Counted from the stretch's first letter, positions 28,216-40,141 are shown. The stretch is DNA of 64,000 nucleotides from Eledone cirrhosa (GCA_964016885.1 OZ024744.1:96906001-96970000); one strand, 5' to 3'. Notes: generated from the sequence alone by a model not told the origin. Program-made: numbers and translations.

Positions 28216-29270
28216 AGGGCGCTGGATTGGTAGTATCGGTAGATGATCGAACGCCATGCTTTGCAGCATAGAGTTACGGCACTTTACGTTCTGAGTTCAA
28301 ATCCCGCCGAGGTTAATTTTGCTTTTCATTCTTACGGGCTCGATAAAATAAAATACCAGTCGCGTACTGCGGTCGATTTAATCGACTTTCCCCTCCCCCG
28401 CCCCCCTCCCTCAAACAATTGCTGGCATTGTACCTATATGAGAAACCATTACGGATAACAAGGGCGGTGGGTTGGCAGTATCTGTAAAGGGTCGGACGCC
28501 ATGTTTTGCAGCATGGAGTTACGGCCCTTTACGTTCTGAGTTCAAATCTCGCCAAGGTTAACTTTGCCATTCATCCTGACGAGGTCGATAAAATAAAGTA
28601 CCAGTCACGTACTGTGGTCGATTTTATCGACTCCCCTCCCTCCCCCCCCCAAATTACTGGCCTTGTGCCTATAGTAGAAATCATTATTTTGTATGATCAT
28701 CTGGTAGTTAGAACACCAAATGGGCGGTGGATTGGCAGAATCGGTAGAGCATCGGACAACATGCTTTTTGGCATAGAGTTACAGCCCTTTACTTTCTAAG
28801 TTCAAATCCTGCCGAGATTAGTTTTGCCTTTCATCCCTACGGGTTGATAAAATAAAGTACCAGTAATGCAATGGCGGTATTTGCTGGCCTTGTGCCAAAA
28901 AGTAGAAACTATATTATTATGGATTGGCAGTATCGGTAGAGGGTCGGACGCCATGCTTTCCAGCATAGAGTTACGTCCCTTTACAGTCTGAGTTCAAATC
29001 CCGCCGAGGTTAACGTTGCCTTTCATCCTTACGGGGGTTGATAAAATAAAGTACCAGTAATATACTGGGGTAATTGATGGCCTTGTGCCAAAAGTGGAAA
29101 CAATTATTATTATGGCCCTTTACATTCTGAGTTCGAATTCCGCCGAGGAGGTTAACTCTACTTTTCATCCTTACGGGGAGGGGGGGTCAATAAAATAAAG
29201 TACCAGTAATGCACTGGAATGGGGTGGGGGGGGGTAATTGCTGGCTTTGTGCCAAAAGTAGAAACAATTA
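28216..29270 (+). mobile_element. ~5 tandem SINE A copies
   Basis: Head-to-tail SINE A units. Confidence 0.85.
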
Positions 29271-29902
29271 TGGATAACAACATCGAAGTAAATATACTTT
29301 GAAAATCATGGAATATCACAAAATATGCTTCGTAATTACATTTACGTAATTAATGTGATGACGGAAATATAAAACCTACGCATAGTAACATTCTACTACT
29401 TAGTAGAAACAGTGATATATATATTGAGAAGTCCTCTTAGTATACAATATATTGAATGAAACATAGAGACATGCAATTTTTTATCTATGTTTATTTAATA
29501 ATTATTGAACTGGCTGCGCTAAAATTAATGTTACACAACAGTATTTAGATGGGATTAATCCATTTACTCCATTCATAATAATACGTCTTAGCAAAATAAG
29601 GTAATTATCCTCTTCTGTGTTGACTGAAAGCTGAAGATGAAGTCAGATATATGATTTGTCATTTATCAGAAGAATATTAAGATTTGATTTTTTTTTTTTA
29701 TTTGTGTAATATTCCGATAAATACTGTTCAACAATAATCGATTCCTTTGCATTACACCAGCAGCCAGAAGTAAATATTAAATTCTTGATAAAAAGTACAG
29801 CTTGTATAATATACATTTCCAGGAAAAGACAGAAAAAAAACTTAACTGCATAATTAAATTATAAAAAGAAAAAAAACTACTGAAAATTATATACAAAATA
29901 AT

Positions 29903-30290
29903 TGTTTCTACTATTGGCACAAGGCCAGCAATCACTCAGTACATTACTGGTACTTTATTTTATCGACCCCGTAAGAATGAAAGGCAAAGTTAACCTCGGC
30001 GGGATTTGAACTCAGAATAGCAAGAGCCGTAACTCTATGCGTCAATGCATGGCGTCCGACCCTCTACCGTTACTACCAATTCAGGCACGAGGCCAGCAAT
30101 TTTGGGAGAGGGGAAAGGCGATTAAATCGACCCCAGTGCGTTACTGGTACTTTATTTCATCGACCCCGTAAGGACGAAAGGCAAAGTTAACCTCGGCGGG
30201 ATTTGAACTCAGATCATAAAGGGCCGTAACTCTATGCTGCAAATCATGGCGTCCGACTCTCTACCGATACTGTTAATCCACCGCCCTAAC
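29903..30290 (-). mobile_element. SINE A dimer within a single 15-bp target-site duplication
   Basis: TATATACAAAATAAT at 29888-29902 and 30291-30305. Confidence 0.8.
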
Positions 30291-30533
30291 TATATACAAA
30301 ATAATAAAACATCTAAGCAATCACAGTAAAATGAGGAAAATAAAATAGATGACTAAAGAGAAATAAATATAAAACTTCACGCGTAAAAACACGCCTCATC
30401 AGTGTTTCCCATGATAAGTTCCACGAAAAGATTCTGGGATTCCTCTAGTTAGGGTGTCTTTTAATATTCAGCCGATGTATACTTTAGAAAATACTACGTT
30501 TTCAAATGTTCAATCGAGTAGCAGAGAGGTATG

Positions 30534-30573
30534 CAGTCCTGATGAAGGGTAATGACCAGAAACATGTTGATTG
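30534..30573 (+). ncRNA. Minimal type I hammerhead ribozyme
   Basis: CAGTC-CTGATGA-AG GGT AATG ACC A-GAAAC-AT-GTT-GATTG. Stem I is 5 bp with one GU, stem II is GGT/ACC, stem III is palindromic (AACATGTT), cleavage triplet GUU. Confidence 0.7.
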
Positions 30574-32024
30574 TTCCTCGATGCTACTGTTGAACAAACG
30601 GATGGCGATAGTCGTCAAAACACAGCATAACTTCGTAAGGCTGTTTACTTGCAAACCAATCGAAAATTATTATTATTATTAGGATTGGCAAATGGGCGCT
30701 GCGTTAGCAGTATCGGTACGGGGGTCGATAAAATAAAGTACCAGTCACTCACTGGGGTCGATTTATTCGACTTTCCCCTCCCCAAAATTGTTTGCCTTGT
30801 GTCTATATAAGAAACCTTTATTATTCGATAAGGGCACTGGTTTGGCAGTATCGGTAGAGTGTCAGACATCATGCTTTGCAGTTTAGAGTTACGACCCTTT
30901 TCGTTCTGAGTTCTGAGTTCAAACACCACACTATACCACGCCACACCACACCACACCACACTTCACTACACCACATCACACCACACCACACCACACCATA
31001 CCACACGACACTACACCACATCACAACACACAACACCACATTACACATCACCACACTATACTGCACCACACCACATCACACCACACCACACCACACCATA
31101 CCACACCACACTACACCACATCACAACACACAACACCACATCACACCACACCATACTACACTGCACCACACCACAACTTCATGCGCTGACTTCACAATTG
31201 ATATTACGGAAACAACGTAAACTAATATATTTCGGCGTACAGTTGATTGAGGAACCTTTTTAACATAAATGTGCATATTAGTAGTGCATAACAACCTGTA
31301 TGGGCGCATCACCACTAAGAAAAATAATGAGACTTAAAATTTTAAAAATTCATCGAGATATGATATATATGTTTCTTTCCATGAGTTTTTTTATTATTAT
31401 TTATTTTTTATTTATTTAAGGGCGGTAGATTTTCAGTATCAGTAGAGGGTCGGACGCCATGCTTTGCAGCATAGAGTTACGGCCCTTTATGGTCTGAGTT
31501 CAAATCCCGCCGAGGTTAAACTTTGCCTTTCATCCTTACGGGGTCGATAAAATAAAGTACCAGTAATATACAGTGGGATAATTGCTGGCCTTGTACCTAA
31601 AGTAGAAACAATTATTTATTTTTTTTTTATTTTTTTTAGTAAACTTCGACGGTGGATGGTTTGATATTTGAATGTGAGCATCATTTCACCTTGCGGGCAT
31701 GTATATGAATTATTATATAGATGCTGAGTTTTGTGAGTTTGGATAATTTTTCTGAAATTTCAGAATTTCACTTGGTTGACTTTAATTTTAAGACAACGAA
31801 GTGGAAATTCCTCCGATACAAAAACCTAGTAATTGTTGTACACCAACAATGATCTCCAGTATTAACATGCACGCACATTCAAATCTTCCAAGGTGCCAAG
31901 GTGATAAACGAAGATATAGGATTTTCTTGGATGCACACAGAATAGCGTGCTAACTTTCTAATTGATAAGTTTTCTTATTGATAATGAGTCATTTAGATAA
32001 TTGCTCTTTTCTCATCACCAAATG

Positions 32025-32830
32025 TAGAGGTGTGTGGCCTTGTGGTAAGTGTGTTGAATTTACTATCATAATGTTGTGGGTTCGATTCCTGGACTGGGTT
32101 GTGTGTTGTGTTCTTGAGCAAAACACGATTCCTGGACTGGGTTGTGTGTTGTGTTCTTGAGCAAAACACGATTCCTGGACTGGGTTGTGTGTTGTGTTCT
32201 TGAGCAAAACACCTCATTACACGTTGCACTAGTATTCTCTGTGGAGGCGTGTGACATAGTGGTAAAGGTGTTGGACTTACGATCATAATGTTGTGGGTTC
32301 GATTCCTGGACTGGGTTGTGTGTTGTGTTCTTGAGCAAAACACGATTCCTGGACTGGGTTGTGTGTTGTGTTCTTGAGCAAAACACGATTCCTGGACTGG
32401 GTTGTGTGTTGTGTTCTTGAGCAAAACACCTCATTACACGTTGCACTAGTATTCTCTGTGGAGGCGTGTGACATAGTGGTAAAGGTGTTGGACTTACGAT
32501 CATAATGTTGTGGGTTCGATTCCTGGACTAGGTACTGGATTGTGTGTTGTGTTCTTGAGCAAAACACTTTATTTCACATTTATCCGTATACTCAGTGGAG
32601 GTGTGTAGCCTAGTGGTAAAGGTTTTGGACTTATGATCAAAATGTCATGGGTTCGCTTCCTTGGCTGGGTTGTGTGTTGTGTTCTTGAGCAAAACACATC
32701 ATTTCATGTTATTCCAGTATACTTAGCTGAAATTGAGTACCAGCAATAGCTGGAGGTTTAACCCTGTCATGGAGTGGGATATAATCGGGATATGCACCGG
32801 TCTAACGAGCCTTCTGGCTTGAGACAGACT
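32025..32830 (+). repeat. Tandem array of tRNA-derived CORE-like SINE heads: 43-bp subrepeats inside a 217-bp higher-order unit
   Basis: Subunit CGATTCCTGGACTGGGTTGTGTGTTGTGTTCTTGAGCAAAACA at 32083, 32126, 32169; higher-order starts at 32083, 32300, 32517. Confidence 0.88.
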
Positions 32831-33752
32831 TTAGCCTTAACCTTTTAGTTGTCTCCAAAGGTGAAATTTATTTAAAATTTCTTCGCTCACCAAATGGAAT
32901 ATTTTAGTTCCCACTCTACTAGTAATATTTCATGTAGTAAGCATCCCTTGGTATTTTTCAGCGACCCATCTATCTTAGACTGTCATCTCTACTCATTCAC
33001 TCAAACTCTGGCAAACTACAAATTATTCAAAAGTATCCGAAAATATACATTTGCATAATAATTATTTCTACTTTTGACACAAGTCCATCAAATTGAAGGG
33101 ACAGAAAAGAAAAATTCGATTAAATAGACTCCAGTACATTACTGATACTTTAAATTATTAACCGCGTAAGGATGAAAGGCAAAAAGTAACCTCGGCGGGA
33201 TTTGAACTCTAAACGTAAAGGAACTTAACTCTATGCCGCAAAGCATGCTCTCCGACGCTCTACCGATTCTGCCAATGGTTTTGAGTTCAAATCCTACTGA
33301 GGTCCATTTTATCTTTCACCCTTTCAAGCCTCAATAAAGAAAGTACCAACCCAGTTGGCTATTGTCTAATAGCTCGTCAAAACATAGCTGCTATTTCTGC
33401 ATATTCGAGTGACCATATCGAGGCTCCCTCATTCACATGTTATAGCATCGTGAAGAAAGAGACATTTTTAGCTTTAAAAAACAAAAACTGAAACTATTAG
33501 AGTTGCATAATTTATTATAGTTTGAATGGTCAGCCCTCTCATATTGTGTCATGCTGAATTTCCCTGAGAACTACGTTAAGGTTACCCGTGTCTGTGGAAT
33601 GCTCGGCCACTTACACGTTAATTTTTTGAGTAGGTTGTTCCATTGATCTGATCCACTGGAACACTCGTCGTCGTAACCGACGGAATGTTAGTAATAATAG
33701 TAATATTGAATTTAGCTTCCTCGTCACATATGCAATCATCATTTCAGATACT

Positions 33753-34859
33753 TTAACCCTTTCATTACCGAATTTTTTTTAAATGACTTACACCCTATTT
33801 CAATTTTTAAGTGATTTACAAAAAACATTCATTTTTTTTCATAACAACGGCAGTAACGCAACACATTCTTTTTATACTAAAAATTATGTTGTGACACTTA
33901 GAATTTAAATATAAACATTTTAACCCCTTTATGACCATAATTTTAATGAAATCAATGACTAATTTTGAGGGATTTACAAAACCTATTACATATTTCATTA
34001 CCAAGATAGTCATGGATCTTATATAAAATTATATCGAAAGATTATAATTTAAAGAGGAACCCTTTAAAAAGGGTGGTTTTGTCTCATAGAATCAGAGTGG
34101 GGATTGGGCTGGGTTGGTAAAAAAAAGGATGGTTTTGTTTCATAGAGTTAGAGTGGGGATTGGCCTGGGTTGGTATAAAAAAGGGTGGTTTTGTTTCATA
34201 GAATCAGAGTGGGGATTGGCCTGGGTTGGTATAAAAAAGGGTGGTTTTGTTTCATAGAATCAGAGTGGGGATTGGCCTGGGTTGGTATAAAAAAGGATGG
34301 TTTTGTTTCATAGAATCAGAGTGGGGATTGGCCTGGGTTGGTATAAAAAAGGATGGTTTTGTTTCATAGAATCAGAGTGGGGATTGGCCTGGGTTTGTAT
34401 AAAAATGGGTGGCTGTGTTTCATAGAATCGGAGTGGGGATTGGCCTGGGTTGCTATAAAAAGGGTGGTTTTGTTTCCTAGAATCAGAGTGGGGATTGGCC
34501 TGGGTTGGTATAAAAAGGGTAGTTTTGTTTCCTAGAATCAGAGTGGGGATTGGCCTAGGTTGGTATAAAAATGGGTGGCTGTGTTTCATAGAATCGGAGT
34601 GGGGATTGGCCTGGGTTGGTATAAAAAAGGATGGTTTTGTTTCATAGAATCAGAGTGGGGATTGGCCTGGGTTGGTATAAAAAGGGTGGTTTTGTTTCAT
34701 AGAATCGGAGTGGGGATTGGCCTGGGTTGGTATAAAAAAGGATGGTTTTGTTTCCTAGAATCAGAGTGGGGATTGGCCTGGGTTGGTATAAAAAAGGGTG
34801 GTTTTGTTTCATAGAATCAGAGCAGGGATTGATCTGGGTTGGTATAAAAAAGGTTTTAA
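33753..34859 (+). mobile_element. Putative piggyBac-like MITE whose right end is tandemly amplified
   Basis: Left end TTAA-CCCTTTCATTACC; repeat units end GGTATAAAAAGGG, an imperfect reverse complement of the left end. Confidence 0.45.
34068..34853 (+). repeat. Minisatellite, ~56-bp unit x ~14
   Basis: Unit CATAGAATCAGAGTGGGGATTGGCCTGGGTTGGTATAAAAAAGGGTGGTTTTGTTT; copies start at 34141, 34197 and onward. Confidence 0.95.
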
Positions 34860-35336
34860 GCTTATAGCTGATATAAACTAATCAGAGAAGAAATCCTTAT
34901 AGTATTTATTAAACACGACGCACTATATTACGACGCAATAAAATTGACTGATGCATAACATATCAAAAGTATTAGATATTGTTGGTTGCTTGTTCAAATT
35001 GTTCTATTGGTAAACGTTTTTGTATAGAATGTTTACTGCAGTAGTGTTGACTTGTCGGCATGACAACAGTAACAACAGCATATGTAGATATATTTACATG
35101 CGTGTCAGTCGTGTCAATGTATTCGCGTTCGTGTATGTCTGTATGTCTGTCAGTTTGTCGATCTCTCTGTCTGTCTGTCTGTCTGTCTGCCAGTCTCCGT
35201 GTGCGTAGTTTTGTGTGTGCATGTGTGTGTAACAAAGGAAATGAGAATACTCGATACATATGGTAAATTGTAGATTGAGACATTTAGAGATCATTAAACA
35301 ATCTCATTCTTTCTCATATATATATATATATATATA

Positions 35337-36045
35337 TATTGGGCAGGGTCATGGATTGGCGGTAGAGGGTCGGACGCCATGCTTTCCAGCATAGTTACGT
35401 CCCTATACGATCTGATTTCAAATCCCGTCGAGGTTGACTTTGCCTTTCATCCTTACGGGGTCGATAAAATAATGTACCAGTAATGCACTGGGTTATTGCT
35501 GGCCTTGTGCCTAAAGTAGAAACAATTATTGTAATAATTGTTTCTACTTTTGGCACAAGGCCAGCAATTATCCAGTGCATTACTGGTACTTTATTTTATC
35601 GACCCCGTAAGGATGAAAGGCAAAGTCAACCTCGGCGGGATTTGAACTCAGATCGTAAAGGGACGTAACTATGCTGGAAAGCATGGCGTCCGACTCTCTA
35701 CCGATACTGCCAATCCACCGCCTTACAATTATTGTAATAATATTGCCAGAAATAGTAACAGAACACACTCACTGTTTGGTTGGTTTTCGCTTCTGTATCT
35801 TTTATATCTCTACTATATATATGTATTTATATCTGTATTTTTGATCGTTGGTCAGTCAATGATAAACATTGAGCACCAAATGAATTAACTATGGAGACAT
35901 AAAAGATACAGAAGCGAAAACCAACCAAACAGTGAGTGTGTTCTGTTATTATATCTGGCAATATTATTACAACAATATGACCCTCCCCAAGTATAACAAT
36001 ATTTTGTTTCGACATACGATTTCATATAAAAAACCTCACAAATCA
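35337..36045. mobile_element. PLE-end-derived fold-back element (inverted arms ~35730-35810 and ~35895-35970) with two SINEs nested in the left arm
   Basis: Terminal GACCCTCCCCAAGTATAACAAT is shared with the PLE end at 37900-37920. Related copies at 39878-40012, 42000-42105 and 42400-42572. Confidence 0.65.
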
Positions 36046-36210
36046 AATATATATATATATACATATATTAATGAAGAAGAGGCCCGAACGCGAGCACGGA
36101 TAGTTTTAACTTCTGCAAGTTTTAACATCTCCATAGTTTAACCTATCCAAGCCACTTCGGAGAACGGGTTGCATATATTCATCCATATATATATATATAT
36201 ATGCACCTAT

Positions 36211-36249
<39 letters not shown>

Positions 36250-36442
36250 AACAGATAAATCCACCAATTAATGGCAGGGTCTAAACCGTATGAAGAACTC
36301 AATGTAATCCGTATGTAGAAGACGTCGTGAAGCAAAGTTTAAAATACATTTTCAACGATATAATTCATTGGATACAGAGTCAAAAATACAAATAGTAAAA
36401 CAATGAAATTAAACAAAAAACGTTTAATTCATAGTACAACTC

Positions 36443-36577
36443 ATTATTTTACGATCGTTTCTGGGGGGTAGTTCCCCGTATGTCCATTCAATTATTGATA
36501 TATGTAAAATATATTACAAAATATCATAGTAAGAAAATATACATACGTCTTCACTACCTGCCGTCTTCAGAAATAAT
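36443..36577 (-). ncRNA. Mirror copy of the extended-stem-II hammerhead
   Basis: Inverted copy of 36579-36713 with one mismatch. Confidence 0.72.
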
Positions 36578-36578
36578 G

Positions 36579-36713
36579 ATTATTTCTGAAGACGGCGGGT
36601 AGTGAAGACGTATGTATATTTTCTTACTATGATATTTTGTAATATATTTTACATATATCAATAATTGAATGGACATACGGGGAACTACCCCCCAGAAACG
36701 ATCGTAAAATAAT
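36579..36713 (+). ncRNA. Type I hammerhead with ~100-nt extended stem II
   Basis: ATTATTT-CTGAAGA(36586)...GAAAC(36695)GATC-GTA-AAATAAT. Stem II pairs GGGTAGT/ACTACCC and CGTATGT/ACATACG. Confidence 0.75.
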
Positions 36714-37001
36714 GAGTTGTACTATGAATTAAACGTTTTTTGTTTAATTTCATTGTTTTACTATTTATGTATATATATATATATATATATATTTCGTTTC
36801 TGAATTTGTTTAGCAAGATTCTTTATCTGAAAACGTGTGTTGAAAGCGATATTGTTATACTTTGGGAGCGTCATGTTGCCAATAAGAAACACACGCACCA
36901 GTTGTTTCACTTCAATTTATTATAATAAATTTATAAATTTAGGAATTTATAAATTTCCGGTTGGTTGGTTGGTTCCACAACCAGATGATTGTTTATATAT
37001 T

Positions 37002-37044
37002 GTCAAAGTTCTTTCGTCACACATACTGTGAACTCTTCAGTGAC
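37002..37044 (-). ncRNA. Hammerhead in the PLE pseudo-LTR
   Basis: Minus strand GTCA-CTGAAGA-GTTCACAGTATGTGTGAC-GAAA-GAAC-TT-TGAC. Confidence 0.7.
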
Positions 37045-37289
37045 CGGGGATTCTTTCTTTGTTTTTGTGCCTCTTCTTTGTTCTGTCCTACGCCATCTTG
37101 TTTTTGTGTATGTTGTGTGCTTAGTTTGCGCATGTGTTACATCCAGGTGTCTGTGTGTGTTTATATTTGTTTATTTATTTGTTTATTTACATGTTACTGG
37201 TTGGTTGTTTGTTCTATGTGCGTGTGTGTTTTCATTTTGTCCTTAATTGTAATTTGTGATGTTGCTGTTCCATTCATGTTTTCTATTTA

Positions 37290-37590
37290 GTTTTTGGTTG
37301 GAGTTCATTTATGTTTATTGCCTCTGTGATTTGTCTAAACATTGCGTCTTTTCTGTGCGTAGATTCTATTTTTATTTCTATGTTCTCTAATTTACCCTTA
37401 TGTTCTATTTTAGCATGTTGGTAGAGTACAGATGATTCTTTACGATCTTGAAGGTCTCGCCAGTGTTCATTTATCCGTTCCCCTATACTACGAGCTGTCT
37501 CACCTATGTACACTATATTTTTATCTCTACATTGTCCTTCAGTACATCTTATGCTATATACTACATTTCTAGTTTTACAGTTAATACAAA
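37290..37590 (-). pseudogene. GIY-YIG endonuclease domain of a Penelope-like element
   Basis: VVY...YIGET..S..ER..EH motif with the conserved E/N C-terminal motif. Confidence 0.85.
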
Positions 37591-37723
37591 TAAATAAACG
37601 AATATAAACACACACAAGCACCGGATGTAACACATGCGCAAACTAAGCACACAACACACACAAAAACAAGATGGCGTAGGACAGAACAAAGGAGAGGCAC
37701 AAAAAGAAAGAAAATAATCCCCA

Positions 37724-37766
37724 GTCACTGAAGAGGTCACAGAATGTGTGACGAAAGAACTTTGAC
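37724..37766 (+). ncRNA. Hammerhead in the inverted PLE pseudo-LTR
   Basis: GTCA-CTGAAGA-G GTCAC AGAATGT GTGAC-GAAA-GAAC-TT-TGAC. Confidence 0.7.
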
Positions 37767-37916
37767 AATATATAAACAATCATCTGGTTGTGGAACCAAC
37801 CAACCAACCAACCGGAAATTTATAAATTCCTAAATTAATAAATTTATTATAATAAATTGAAATGAAAGCAACTGGTGCGTGTGTTTCTTATTGGCAAAAT
37901 GACCCTCCCAAAGTAT

Positions 37917-37965
<49 letters not shown>

Positions 37966-38018
37966 AGCGCGTGTTTGTGTATGTATTATATTTATAAATA
38001 ACTCACTGAATCACCTAC

Positions 38019-38086
<68 letters not shown>

Positions 38087-38095
38087 CATTTATAT

Positions 38096-38163
<68 letters not shown>

Positions 38164-38243
38164 TGATAAAGGGACTAAATAACACACAGAGATGCAAAAA
38201 TACACAGTTATATTGGGCTCACACCTGGAGGAAATAGAGGAGG

Positions 38244-38280
38244 ACTCGACATTTCGGAGAGAAGTCCTTCATCAGGAAAG
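38244..38280 (-). ncRNA. Minimal PLE-type hammerhead (degenerate)
   Basis: Minus strand TTC-CTGATGA-A GGA CTTCTC TCC-GAAATGTC-GAG, inside a ~300 bp insert (38210-38510) between (TA)n tracts. Confidence 0.6.
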
Positions 38281-38513
38281 TTCAGATAAGGGAGAAGCGG
38301 TAGAGGTATGAAATAGTGTGTGAAAGTTACGAAAGGAAGTAAGGAAAAGGGTTTTGGGAGAAAATTGATTAGTTGGTAGGCGAAAGGTCTGTACTTGGGA
38401 GATCGGGGCCGAAGTGGATGCGATGGGTAAGATTGTGTGTGTGCCAAAGGGATGAAATTGGTAGATGTGCGTTGCTTCAGTCTGTATGTGTGTGTGAAGA
38501 CTTGGGTGTCTCA

Positions 38514-38596
<83 letters not shown>

Positions 38597-38646
38597 ATAT
38601 AAGAAAATGAGTTTTTTTTAATAAAAAACGAGTGAAAGTATATATA

Positions 38647-39522
38647 CGAGGTATGTCAGGACTGATGTCACAAAAAGATTTATTTCAAACGCAAACTTCA
38701 CACTAAGAGTTTTCTCCTTTAAAGTAATCCCCCTGGAGTCTAATGCACTTTTCCATCCTTTTCTGCCACACTTTCATGCACTCCTGGAAGTATTCTTCCG
38801 GGATCCTCCGCAGTTCCGTCGTCACGGCCTTTTTTGATGTCGTCCACGTCTTCAAAACGGGTCCCCTCTGGGTCGTACTCGAAGAACCATGACTCATCAC
38901 CGGTGATGACTGTCCCTAGCAAGTCTGGTTGGGTTTTAAGACGCTCGAGGATGTCCTAGCACACTTGCATGCGTCGACCCTTCTGGTCATCATTCAGCAG
39001 TTTTGTCACCATCTTCGCGCAGACTTTCCGCATGTCCAAATCTGCAGTGAGAATCTTGCAGACGCTGTCCCGATTCATCCCAGCTCATTTGCCATCAGTC
39101 GAATAGTCAGCCGACGATCGCTACGCACCATCTGCCTGACGCGCTGAACGTTGAGCTGAGTCCTGGTTGTTGAGGACCTTCCGCTGCTGGGGTCATCTTG
39201 CACCACTCAAAAACACGTGAGCGTGACATCGTCTTATCTCCATACACTTGCTGCAGCAATCCCAGTGCTCCTGGCGGAGTTTTCCCCAACCGTACCAGAA
39301 ACTTCAAGTTTGTTCGTTGCTCTGTGCTCATTGCTTGACGACCTGTAACAGAGGACATGTATATAAAATTATGAAGAAAAAAGTTTGATCGCTGCAGAGA
39401 GCTAAGATTACAGTTACATACTCCAGAGGGATTACTTTGAAGGAGAAAACCCTTAGTGTGAAGTTTGGGTTTAAAATAAATCTTTTATGACATCAGTCCT
39501 GGTACTTTTCTGACACACCTCG
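38647..39522 (-). mobile_element. Internally deleted mariner (Tc1/mariner) DNA transposon
   Basis: TA-CGAGG...CCTCG-TA termini. Transposase remnants EQRTNLKFLVRLGKT, ITGDESWFFEYDP, RFEDVDDIK, WQKRMEKCIRLQGDYF. The YSPDLAP/D34D segment is deleted. Confidence 0.9.
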
Positions 39523-39625
39523 TATAGATACACACACACAGACACACACACGCACACACAGACACACACGCGCACACACACACACACACATACACACACA
39601 TATACACATACACACACACACACAT

Positions 39626-39659
<34 letters not shown>

Positions 39660-40070
39660 TTATTTATGTTACAAATTTAATATAGAAATGGCTTCTAAAG
39701 AACAAAAAATGTTTCTTTCGAATGAAACAGTTCTAGTCCTGTAGAAGCCATTTCTATATTAAATTTGTGGTATACACGCTACTAATGTATCGAGTACCTT
39801 ACTTATTGTGGTTGACTACAATTGAACCCGGGACTCATATATATATATATATATGTGTGTGTGTATGTATATAAATATATTGTTATACTTGGGGAGGGTC
39901 ATATTTGTGTAATATTGCCAGAATTAATAACAGAACACACTCACTGTTTGGTTGGTTTTCGCTTCAATATTTGTTTCGACACATGATTTCATATAAAAAA
40001 TCTCGCAAAACTAATTCATCGCCGTTATATATATAATATAAGATCAAAAGATAGTTAAAAGAGTTCCATG

Positions 40071-40141
40071 TATTTTATTATGCGCATTTCAAAAACAAAT
40101 ATCATCATGAGATGACATTTGCGTTTTCGTCAGATAAAATA
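40071..40141 (-). ncRNA. Mirror copy of the 40260-40330 hammerhead
   Basis: Exact inverted copy across the palindrome centre at 40200/40201. Confidence 0.78.

Larger units (their letters stand above)
36390..36766. repeat. Near-perfect 188-bp-arm palindrome (1-nt spacer at 36578)
   Basis: Arms are reverse complements with one visible mismatch. Confidence 0.95.
36790..37920 (-). mobile_element. Penelope-like element 3' end: GIY-YIG endonuclease remnant, pseudo-LTR, and an inverted partial pseudo-LTR
   Basis: ORF 37283..37633 (CKTRNVVYSIRC...YIGETARSIGERINEH...QH...RQITEAININELQP) is a PLE-type GIY-YIG domain. 36850-37180 and 37585-37920 are inverted repeats, each with a hammerhead. Flanked by (TA)n. 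Confidence 0.85.

Noticed and set aside
30370-30410. Minus-strand CTGATGA-GGCGT..ACGCGT-GAAG as a hammerhead
   Set aside because: GAAA is replaced by GAAG and there is no convincing stem III or stem I.
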